Below, in pieces: positions 7,451-14,598 of a stretch of DNA of 24,000 nt. The stretch's first letter is position 1, and each line of letters begins with the position of its first letter. The notes beneath the pieces were generated by a model that did not search any database, was not told where the DNA came from, and saw only the letters and a list, made by a program, of their open reading frames with translations. The position numbers and the translations under genes were made by a program. This stretch comes from Methanocorpusculum sp. (GTDB taxonomy: Archaea > Halobacteriota > Methanomicrobia > Methanomicrobiales > Methanocorpusculaceae), in the NCBI GenBank assembly GCA_017387505.1, contig JAFOFB010000015.1, positions 139,469-163,468 of the forward strand, in the 5' to 3' direction.

Positions 7451-9079
7451 ATGGGATTTGAAAACAGAAGTGATTTTCATGTACTTGTGATTGGTTCAGG
7501 AGGGGCAGGAATCCGTGCCGCTGTTGAGGCGGAAAAATACGGCTCTGTTGTCTTAATCTCTAAAACAATCACAGGAAAAGGCGGATGTACTGTCATGGCT
7601 GAGGGAGGATATAATGCAGTTCTCTCAGATAACGATGCAGTCTCAATACACTTTGAAGATACAATAAAAGGAGGTGCTTATCTAAATGATGAAGCACTTG
7701 CAGAGACTCTTGCCTCAGAAGCACCTGCAAGAATCCGTGATTTATTCAACTGGGGTGCTGTTTTCGATCTTTCTCCGGAAAATACTATAGCGCAGAGACC
7801 GTTTGGCGGTCAGAGATTCCCAAGGACTTGTTACGCAGGAGATCACACCGGACACGAAATGGTCATGACGCTTTTAGAGCGTCTGCGCGGTTCGAATGTG
7901 GAAATCAGAGATGAAACAACTGCTCTTGAGCTGTTAAAAGAAGGGGATAAAGTAATCGGTGCCGTGACTGTTGACAGGAATGGTGAACTTGGAGTAATTA
8001 CTGCTGACGCTGTAATTCTGGCAACAGGGGGTGCTGGTCAGCTCTATAATGTAACAACCAACTCAACAGCCGGTACTGGAGATGGATATGCTCTTGGATT
8101 TAGGGCAGGGGCTAAACTCATCGATATGGAGCAGGTTCAGTTCCATCCGACAGGCGCTGTTTTCCCTGTGGATTCCAGAGGACGCCTCATCACTGAAGCT
8201 GTTAGGGGCGAAGGCGGAATCCTCAAAAATTCTCTCGGCGAGCGTTTCATGGAAAAGTATGATCCTGCAAGAATGGAGCTTTCAACAAGAGATATCGTAG
8301 CCCGCGGTATCGCCACAGAAATTCTGGAAGGAAGAGGGACTCCTTCCGGCGGAGTGTATCTTGATGTAACACATCTCTCAGCAGAACAGATTGAGACAAG
8401 ACTTCCTGTTATGCTTCATCAGTTCCTGCAGTTTGGAGTAGACATCAGAACTCAGCCGATGGAAGTGGCTCCAACCGCTCACCACTTTATGGGGGGTCTT
8501 GCAATCACAAAAGATGCCATGACAACAGTTCCGCATCTTTTCGCGGCAGGAGAAGTAACAGGCGGCGTGCATGGAGCAAATCGTTTAGGCGGAAATGCTC
8601 TTGCAGACACCCAGGTGTTTGGAAGAAGAGCTGGAATTTCTGCCGGAAAGTGTCAGTCTTTCGTAAAAGAAATCGACACCTCAGTTCTTGATGCTGTTGA
8701 GGAAAAGATTTCCCGTCTCTATGATGGTGAGGCTGTGATTTCTTCAGTTCGCAAAAACCTCAAATCACTTATGTGGAACAATGTTGGAATCTACAGAAAC
8801 GAGCTTGACTTAAAGGTTGCAGAGCGTGAGATTTCCCGCATGCAGAAACTTCCGCTTAAGATTTCGTCCGCTCATGAAATAGCAGATGCCTTCATTACAG
8901 AAAATATGCTGATCACAGCATCACTTGTAGTATCAGGAGCACTGCTTCGCCGCGAATCCAGAGGCGCACACACGAGAACTGATATCAAACAGAAATGGAC
9001 TGCTGATAACTCCCCATTCGGTCATACATGGTTTGCAGGAAAGAAGGCAGGAATCGATATTGTGGAGGCAAACTTATGA
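7451..9079 (+). CDS. tfrA: Thiol:fumarate reductase subunit A (FrdA/SdhA-type flavoprotein)
   Basis: N-terminal FAD fold VLVIGSGGAGIRAA. Flavoprotein motifs QFHPTG, EAVRGEGG, HHFMGG, RESRGAH. Paired with a CCG-domain iron-sulfur subunit. Confidence 0.8.
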   Translation: MGFENRSDFHVLVIGSGGAGIRAAVEAEKYGSVVLISKTITGKGGCTVMAEGGYNAVLSDNDAVSIHFEDTIKGGAYLNDEALAETLASEAPARIRDLFNWGAVFDLSPENTIAQRPFGGQRFPRTCYAGDHTGHEMVMTLLERLRGSNVEIRDETTALELLKEGDKVIGAVTVDRNGELGVITADAVILATGGAGQLYNVTTNSTAGTGDGYALGFRAGAKLIDMEQVQFHPTGAVFPVDSRGRLITEAVRGEGGILKNSLGERFMEKYDPARMELSTRDIVARGIATEILEGRGTPSGGVYLDVTHLSAEQIETRLPVMLHQFLQFGVDIRTQPMEVAPTAHHFMGGLAITKDAMTTVPHLFAAGEVTGGVHGANRLGGNALADTQVFGRRAGISAGKCQSFVKEIDTSVLDAVEEKISRLYDGEAVISSVRKNLKSLMWNNVGIYRNELDLKVAEREISRMQKLPLKISSAHEIADAFITENMLITASLVVSGALLRRESRGAHTRTDIKQKWTADNSPFGHTWFAGKKAGIDIVEANL

Positions 9080-10518
9080 GAGTTACAATCTCACGTTTCA
9101 ATCCGGAAAGGGATTTGGAGCCTCACTTTGAGACATATGATGTCTCGGTTTCGGAGGGAGCTCGTGTGTTGAATGTGCTTGATGCAGTTCACGATACTCT
9201 CGATGCCTCTCTTGGATACCGTCACTGCTGTCGCGGAGGTCAGTGCGGTTCATGTGCGGTTCGAGTAAACGGTGAGCCTGCTCTTGCATGTATGCATGAA
9301 GCAAAGGACGGAGATGTTATCGAGCCGTTAAATCTTCCTCGTATTCGCGATTTGATTGTTGATATCGCACCGGCAATCGCACAGATGGCCTGGCTTAACA
9401 CAGGTTCATGCCTTGAGTGCTCTCATGTTACCGCAGACGATATTGAGGAGATAAAACCTCTTCGCGAGTGTATCGAGTGCTTCTCATGTATTTCATCATG
9501 CCCTGCAGTTGGTGCTTCATCCTACGCAGGCCCTACAGCCATTCGTCAGGAAAGACGTCTCAACTTAGACCCGCGAGATAAAGCAGAGAGAGTTGAAGAG
9601 GCAGTGTCAAAGGGACTTTTCTCATGTACAACCTGCCACAAATGTGTGGAGGTATGTCCGAAGGGAATCGAGACTCCAAGAAAGGCTGTTGAAAAACTTA
9701 GAGCTCTCGCAGTCGCCCGCGGTCTTTCTCTTCCGGCACACAAAGCTCTTGCTGCCCTCATTGAATCAACCGGACGTTCCGTTGAGAGGAAAGAGCCGAC
9801 TTTCCTTGAGCGTGTTGCTGATGTAATCGAACCCGAGGGCGAAGTCAGAGCCACCGTTGGATTTTTTGTTGGATGCATGTTCAACGGGCGTGTTGTTCAG
9901 CCGGCACTCGATGCTATGGAGGTCTTGAAGAGAAACGGCATCCGCGTGATTATTCCAAAATCACAGGTTTGCTGCGGCTCTCCGTTAATCAGAACAGGAT
10001 TTACTGGATTCATCCCGGAACTTCAGGAGAGAAACATCAAAGCGTTCGTTGATGCCGGTGTTGATACTGTTCTTACTATGTGTGCGGGATGCGGTTCAAC
10101 TCTGAAGAATGATTACAATACTCCGTTCAGGGTTGCAGACATCACTGAGTATCTTGCAGAGCTTGGATTCGAAGAGCCTGCAAAGGTTAAAGGCAGCTAC
10201 ACTTATCACGACCCGTGTCATCTTCTCCGCGGTCAGCACATCTCAGAACAGCCGAGAGTTCTTCTTAAATCTGTTGCAGAAGAGTTTGTTGACATGGCTC
10301 CAAGATGCTGCGGAGCGGGTGGCGGAGTAAAGTCCGGACAGCCTGAAGAGGCGGCAAATATTGGTGCAGTCCGTGCCGAGATGGTAATAGAGACAGGAGC
10401 AGATTATATCGTAACGGTGTGTCCTTTCTGTGAGTTCCATCTGCATCAGGTAACCGGTCTGCCTGTTAAAAATATTGCAAGCCTGATGCTTGAAGGGTAT
10501 TTGAAGAAGGATTTCTGA
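9076..10518 (+). CDS. tfrB: Thiol:fumarate reductase subunit B (FrdB-like Fe-S domain fused to HdrD/GlpC-like CCG domains)
   Basis: ATG 9076 overlaps the tfrA stop (ATGA); the ORF-track start at 9028 lies inside tfrA. 2Fe-2S pattern CCRGGQCGSCAV..AC. 4Fe-4S patterns CIECFSCISSCP and CTTCHKCVEVCP. Two CCG-type Cys-rich regions (QVCCGSP, CCGAGGG...CPFC). Confidence 0.8.
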   Translation: MRVTISRFNPERDLEPHFETYDVSVSEGARVLNVLDAVHDTLDASLGYRHCCRGGQCGSCAVRVNGEPALACMHEAKDGDVIEPLNLPRIRDLIVDIAPAIAQMAWLNTGSCLECSHVTADDIEEIKPLRECIECFSCISSCPAVGASSYAGPTAIRQERRLNLDPRDKAERVEEAVSKGLFSCTTCHKCVEVCPKGIETPRKAVEKLRALAVARGLSLPAHKALAALIESTGRSVERKEPTFLERVADVIEPEGEVRATVGFFVGCMFNGRVVQPALDAMEVLKRNGIRVIIPKSQVCCGSPLIRTGFTGFIPELQERNIKAFVDAGVDTVLTMCAGCGSTLKNDYNTPFRVADITEYLAELGFEEPAKVKGSYTYHDPCHLLRGQHISEQPRVLLKSVAEEFVDMAPRCCGAGGGVKSGQPEEAANIGAVRAEMVIETGADYIVTVCPFCEFHLHQVTGLPVKNIASLMLEGYLKKDF

Positions 10519-10533
10519 GAGTAATTATTATTC

Positions 10534-10542
10534 TTTTTTTTT
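10534..10542 (+). terminator. T9 tract after tfrB
   Basis: ATTCTTTTTTTTTCT begins 13 nt after the tfrB stop. Confidence 0.5.
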
Positions 10543-10546
10543 CTAA

Positions 10547-10638
10547 GTGAATCAGTTCTTGAATAATATTATTGGAAATAATATTACCAAACAATCAAAG
10601 TTTTCACATTGCTGAAATATCCATTGGTGAATTCAGTT
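10547..10638. promoter_or_regulatory. Repeat-dense AT-rich region upstream of the integrase (promoter and/or candidate recombination site)
   Basis: GTGAATCAGTT (10547-10557) and GTGAATTCAGTT (10627-10638) bracket two copies of AATAATATTA (10562-10571 and 10577-10586, period 15). Confidence 0.25.
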
Positions 10639-10639
10639 A

Positions 10640-11572
10640 ATGAAAACCAAACACGAACCAATTACAGAATTTATTGACAACTATCAAAACGAAAAAACAA
10701 AAAACAACTACCTGACATCACTCAGCCATTTTCTCAAATTTGTTTCATACACTAACCAGACTGGAGAATATTCAGATATCAATAAATTGGCAAAACGATA
10801 CTTACAAAAAATCAGAATCGGAAAGCATGACTACAAAAAAGATCTTGGGGCATTTGCATCATGGCTCAGCAAAAAATATGCCCCGACAACAGCAAACCTC
10901 TATTTACGCAGTACAATTATGTGGCTGACAGATAATGGATACACCATAAATCGGAGAGAACTACAGCGTATCTATACACGTCTTCCAAAACCGATTCCAA
11001 TTGAAAATGGTATCGAACTAAAAAGGAAGGTATTCAGAGAACTGTACTACTACTTTCCAGAGGATGTTCAAACTCTCTTACTTGTAATGCTTGCCTCCGG
11101 GATGCGTCTTGGTGAAGCTCTCCTGCTTAACATAGATGATGTGATTTGGAATAAAGAACGCGCTGAAATACATATCAGAGCAGAAATTACCAAAACAAAA
11201 AAAGCAAGGACAGCTTACCTGACAGCCGAAGCTTGTGAATCTCTTATAGAATACCTCAATGGAAGAATGGACAGCTGTGAAAAGCTCTTTACTATATCAT
11301 ACTCCCGTGCTCAGGCTGTCATGCTGAATGCATCAGAGAATCTTGGATACTCAAAGATAATTAATGGCAGAAATCGCGGGATGCATTGGCATATGACACG
11401 AAAATGGTTCATCAGCCGCTTCACACTTGCTGCGAATAAGGATGTTGCAGAGTTCATTGCAGGACACGAAGGATATTTGTCTACTTCATATCGACGATAC
11501 ACCAGAAAACAAATTCTCAAACAATACAGAAAAGCAGAGAAAAAACTAAGTATTCTAAAAGATGGGTATTAA
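10640..11572 (+). CDS. Tyrosine recombinase / phage-type integrase
   Basis: 310 aa. Core-binding-like N-terminus, catalytic-domain motifs ASGMRLGEAL (Arg), HWHMTRKWF (HxxR), IAGHEGYLSTSYRRY (His...Tyr). The gene is AT-rich: hand counts on two 60-nt samples gave about 32% and 42% GC. Confidence 0.85.
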   Translation: MKTKHEPITEFIDNYQNEKTKNNYLTSLSHFLKFVSYTNQTGEYSDINKLAKRYLQKIRIGKHDYKKDLGAFASWLSKKYAPTTANLYLRSTIMWLTDNGYTINRRELQRIYTRLPKPIPIENGIELKRKVFRELYYYFPEDVQTLLLVMLASGMRLGEALLLNIDDVIWNKERAEIHIRAEITKTKKARTAYLTAEACESLIEYLNGRMDSCEKLFTISYSRAQAVMLNASENLGYSKIINGRNRGMHWHMTRKWFISRFTLAANKDVAEFIAGHEGYLSTSYRRYTRKQILKQYRKAEKKLSILKDGY

Positions 11573-11596
11573 ATGCCCATCATATCGAATCTCTTA

Positions 11597-12235
11597 TCAA
11601 AACCCATGCGCAATCCTTACAAACTCTCTCGTCCGCTCTAAATCCCGCACACCCTCTTTCTTCACCCATGAGTGCACATCCACAACATAGGACTTTACAA
11701 CAGACATAGCCTCAACTAAATTCTCAGGCTTCAAACCGCCTGCAAGAATAACTGGCTTTGACACTGCCTCTACAACCTTAGCAGAAATAGACCAGTCATG
11801 CGTAATGCCTGTCCCGCCTAATCTATCTTCAGTTCTGCTGTCTAAAAGAATTGCATCTGCAAACATCTCGAACTCTTTTGCAACAGAAACCGCAGACTCA
11901 TCTAAGACATGAACTGCCTTGATTATGAAAAGATACGAAAACCTCTCACGAAGAAGAGCAAGTGTTTCTACAGAAACCATATCCTGAATCTGCAAAACAC
12001 TGCATCCTGTCTCTTCCACAAGGTGAATCAAATCATCAGCATCAGTCAGATGAGTTACAACAACACCGGAAACAAAAGGCGGAAGAGAACGTATCATTTC
12101 TCTCGCCTCGGAAGTGGAAATTGAGTCCTCAGATTTGTGAGTTGTTCCGACAATAAATCCGACAGCATCAGCTCCTGCAGATACAGCTATCTCCAAATCT
12201 TCTTTGGTTTCAGTCCCGCAGATTTTACACTTCAT
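11597..12235 (-). CDS. trpF: Phosphoribosylanthranilate isomerase
   Basis: The ORF-track start is a GTG at 12265. ATG 12235 is preceded by GAGGA at about -13..-9 and gives the canonical N-terminus MKCKICGT. Motifs LLDSRTEDRLGGTGITHDWS and ILAGGLKPEN. No other trp genes are in the window. Confidence 0.8.
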   Translation of the reverse strand: MKCKICGTETKEDLEIAVSAGADAVGFIVGTTHKSEDSISTSEAREMIRSLPPFVSGVVVTHLTDADDLIHLVEETGCSVLQIQDMVSVETLALLRERFSYLFIIKAVHVLDESAVSVAKEFEMFADAILLDSRTEDRLGGTGITHDWSISAKVVEAVSKPVILAGGLKPENLVEAMSVVKSYVVDVHSWVKKEGVRDLERTREFVRIAHGF

Positions 12236-12290
12236 TAGATTGTCCTCGATGAATAGTATGGTCACTCAACTTACAAAAAATACGCGAATC

Positions 12291-12379
12291 TACGCGAATA
12301 TTAAATTTATATTTGTGAAAGTGCTGTCGCTTCGTCGCTTATCGCTCCTGCGTTGTGAACATCATGCTATCGCATGATG
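12291..12379. repeat. Left inverted arm of the GxxExxY cassette
   Basis: Outer block tACGCGAATA (12291-12300). Middle block GTGCTGTCGCTTCGTCGCTTATCGCTC (12321-12347). Inner hairpin CATCATGC-TATC-GCATGATG (12360-12379). Confidence 0.7.
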
Positions 12380-12879
12380 TCTGCTGTGTTGTTATACTCT
12401 GCTTCATTTTCTGTAAGGTTGTTTGATGAATATCCGGACTGTGATTTGAGATATTTTTTGTTGGTGAAGACATATTTCTTCCATTCAAGATAACGTGGAT
12501 TTCCAAAATTAATTACAAGCCCGACTTCACATCCTGTCGCTTTCAGATAATTAACAATCTGTGTTCTGTCGTGTCCATCAATTTCATGTTTGATTTTGAG
12601 TTCAAGAATGATTTTATCATAACAAACAACATCTGCGAAATAATTCTTCTTTAATTTCTCACCATCATAGTATATTGACAGAGGTTTCTGTGTTTGGAAG
12701 GGAATGCCACGTCTGCCAAGTTCAATTCCTAGGGCCTCTTCATATACTGCTTCCAGAAAACCATATCTAAGTGTATTGTAGACTTTGAAAGCAGCACTCA
12801 TTATCTGGTATACTTCATCTGCGAGAATAATATCATCATTCTCGGAAACGAAATAGGAAAAACATGGATTCTCAGTCAT
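12367..12879 (-). CDS. GxxExxY family protein (PD-(D/E)XK nuclease superfamily, PDDEXK_3-like)
   Basis: Contains the name motif GFLEAVYEEAL, then IPFQTQKPLSIYYDGEKL...ADVVCYDKIILELK...QIVNYLKATGCEVGLVINFG. The core is about 125 aa, with a ~25-aa N-terminal and a ~30-aa C-terminal extension. The last codons and the stop lie inside the left-arm hairpin. AT-rich (about 32% GC in one hand-counted 60-nt sample). Confidence 0.85.
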   Translation of the reverse strand: MTENPCFSYFVSENDDIILADEVYQIMSAAFKVYNTLRYGFLEAVYEEALGIELGRRGIPFQTQKPLSIYYDGEKLKKNYFADVVCYDKIILELKIKHEIDGHDRTQIVNYLKATGCEVGLVINFGNPRYLEWKKYVFTNKKYLKSQSGYSSNNLTENEAEYNNTADIMR

Positions 12880-12932
12880 TTCAGCCCACTATGATTCAAA
12901 CATACTCGTTGAAATGTGATAATACTTTGCCC

Positions 12933-12964
12933 AAAAATCAGGAAGCTGTGCGATAGCACAGCTT
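12933..12964 (-). terminator. Hairpin plus T5: possible terminator of the thiM-thiE-trm5-like operon (this is also the inner hairpin of the right cassette arm)
   Basis: On the minus strand, AAGCTGTGC-TATC-GCACAGCTT is followed by CCTGATTTTTGGG. Confidence 0.3.
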
Positions 12965-13032
12965 AACAGCTGAAGAGCGATTAGCTCTGAAGCGACAACA
13001 CCTCATTAATTCTTAATCCATCTATTCGCGTG
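12943..13032. repeat. Right inverted arm of the GxxExxY cassette
   Basis: Inner hairpin AAGCTGTGC-GATA-GCACAGCTT (12943-12964). Middle block GAGCGATTAGCTCTGAAGCGACAACAC (12975-13001) is the reverse complement of the left middle block at 22/27 positions. Outer block TATTCGCGTg (13023-13032) matches at 9/10. Confidence 0.7.
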
Positions 13033-13043
13033 TTCTTAATCAA

Positions 13044-13970
13044 TCAGCACCCGATTTCAATATCGTAAACTGCATGCCAGCTTGTTGGAGAATACGAGCG
13101 TATGAACTTCTCTGTAATCTTTGCATCAGGGAAGGCACGGAGGATATCCTCATTGTGTTCACCTTCACGTTCTACAAGTGAATAGAGATGAATCGTACAG
13201 CGTTCTTCCGCAAGTTTTGCTGCTGCCTCTAAGAATTCATATGCAGCGAATGGCAGATTCATAATGATGCGGTCGAATTTGAGTGGAGAAAGCATATTTG
13301 GCAGATTCATCGCATCTCCAACGGTTGCGGCGACTGTTTTTATTTTGTTTAAGCGGAGGTTTCTCTGCATCAGATAAACTGCGGACGGATTTAAATCATT
13401 TGCAACCATCAGTGAGGCCTTAGGTCCAAGCATCACAGCAAATGGTCCAACACCCGCAAACATATCGAGAACCTTCTCGCCTTCACGCATCTGGGACAGA
13501 AGGCGCTGTCTTTCGTTTGACAGACGTGCTGAGAAGTATGCAGCAGTCAGGTCGACAATCATACGTTTGCCGTACTCATGGTACATCGTCTCTGTTGTAT
13601 CCTGACCTGCAAGAACCTTGAATGTGCGGGTTCTAAACTCACCTTCGACAGGCGATGTTGCATAGAGCGCTGTGTGAACATTTGGTCTGTGCTGCAGAAT
13701 CTTCTTTGCACCTTCAACATCCTCGTCCTGCAGGATAACAAGACCTCCAACCTGCTCATGACGCGGAAGTTCCTCTCTCTTCGGGCTTGCCGCAAAAGGC
13801 ATCTGCACAGCACCCTCACGCTTTTCGCAGATTGGAATCAGTAAAAACCCGTCCTCCGCACGCGGACGAAGTGTCCTGTCTGCTGTTCCGTCTGATATCA
13901 TCTGCCGGCGCATTGCTTCCCCTTCCTGAATCGGGACGCGAATGCACCACTGTATTACCTCTTCACTCAT
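13044..13970 (-). CDS. Trm5/Taw2-family (Met-10+ like, COG2520) SAM-dependent tRNA modification transferase
   Basis: Class I SAM-binding motif VLDMFAGVGPFA, then NDLNP and the catalytic-loop-like IIMNLP. 308 aa. Its ATG overlaps the thiE stop (ATGA on the minus strand). I cannot separate Trm5 from Taw2 by eye. Confidence 0.7.
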   Translation of the reverse strand: MSEEVIQWCIRVPIQEGEAMRRQMISDGTADRTLRPRAEDGFLLIPICEKREGAVQMPFAASPKREELPRHEQVGGLVILQDEDVEGAKKILQHRPNVHTALYATSPVEGEFRTRTFKVLAGQDTTETMYHEYGKRMIVDLTAAYFSARLSNERQRLLSQMREGEKVLDMFAGVGPFAVMLGPKASLMVANDLNPSAVYLMQRNLRLNKIKTVAATVGDAMNLPNMLSPLKFDRIIMNLPFAAYEFLEAAAKLAEERCTIHLYSLVEREGEHNEDILRAFPDAKITEKFIRSYSPTSWHAVYDIEIGC

Positions 13971-14596
13971 ACGCTTCTTTTAGCCTCCGCAATTATAGCA
14001 GATAATTCTGCCGCAGAAGCGGATATATTTTCCTGAGAAACTACAGCAGAAATTACTGCAATGCCGTCAATGCCTGCTTTGATAACTTCTGCAATATTTT
14101 CTTTGTTCAGTCCGCCGATTCCAACAACAGGAACAGACACTGCTTCGCAGATTGCGCGTGCTGTATCTAATCCGTGACCAACTCCTGCATCGCTTTTGGA
14201 TGGTGTGGAAAACACCGGACTTACTGCAACATAATCTGCTCCGTCTCTAACTGCTTTCTCCGCTTCTTCGACAGAACCAACAGAAACTCCAATCAGGAAA
14301 TCCTTAGGCACAAGTTTTCGAACAACATCAGCAGGCAAATCGCTTTGACCTACATGCACTCCGTCTGCCTCTGCGGCAAGCGCAATGTCAAGGCGGTCAT
14401 TTACGAAAAAGAGAGCCTTGCCTTTGCAGATTTCTGCAATCTCTAATGCTGCAGCATACAATGATGCAGACTCCATGGTTTTATCGCGGAGCTGAATAAC
14501 ATCAGCTCCGCCGGCAACAGCTTCGCGAGCGATTTCTGCGTGTGTTTTTCCGCGTGAAAGTCCTTCGTCTGTTACTACATACAAATCGTACTTCAT
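13967..14596 (-). CDS. thiE: Thiamine-phosphate synthase
   Basis: 209 aa. LYVVTD, GADVIQLRDK, GVHVGQSDLP, IGVSV, ADYVAVSPVFSTPSK, VVGIGGL are typical ThiE motifs. Confidence 0.9.
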   Translation of the reverse strand: MKYDLYVVTDEGLSRGKTHAEIAREAVAGGADVIQLRDKTMESASLYAAALEIAEICKGKALFFVNDRLDIALAAEADGVHVGQSDLPADVVRKLVPKDFLIGVSVGSVEEAEKAVRDGADYVAVSPVFSTPSKSDAGVGHGLDTARAICEAVSVPVVGIGGLNKENIAEVIKAGIDGIAVISAVVSQENISASAAELSAIIAEAKRSV

Positions 14597-14598
14597 AT

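Larger units (their letters stand above)
12291..13032. mobile_element. Candidate inverted-repeat-bounded cassette carrying the GxxExxY gene (hypothetical; boundaries +/- ~10 bp; no target-site duplication identified)
   Basis: Arms of 89 and 90 bp in inverted orientation with three co-linear blocks at matching spacing (see repeat features). The interior is AT-rich relative to the flanking trm5-like and trpF genes. It is a single-gene unit inserted in the spacer between two same-strand genes. Confidence 0.35.

Noticed and set aside
12249-12377. 42-aa plus-strand ORF (MNSMVTQLTKNTRIYANIKF...) running through the left cassette arm
   Set aside because: It overlaps the trpF 5' end and the GxxExxY stop, and has no motif or start-site support. 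It is most likely fortuitous.
12321-13001. Bulge-helix-bulge (tRNA-splicing endonuclease) motif in the helix formed by the two cassette arms
   Set aside because: Pairing the arms by hand gives symmetric internal loops (3x3, 1x1) rather than two 3-nt bulges on opposite strands separated by 4 bp. There is no BHB, so excision/circularisation is unsupported by sequence alone.
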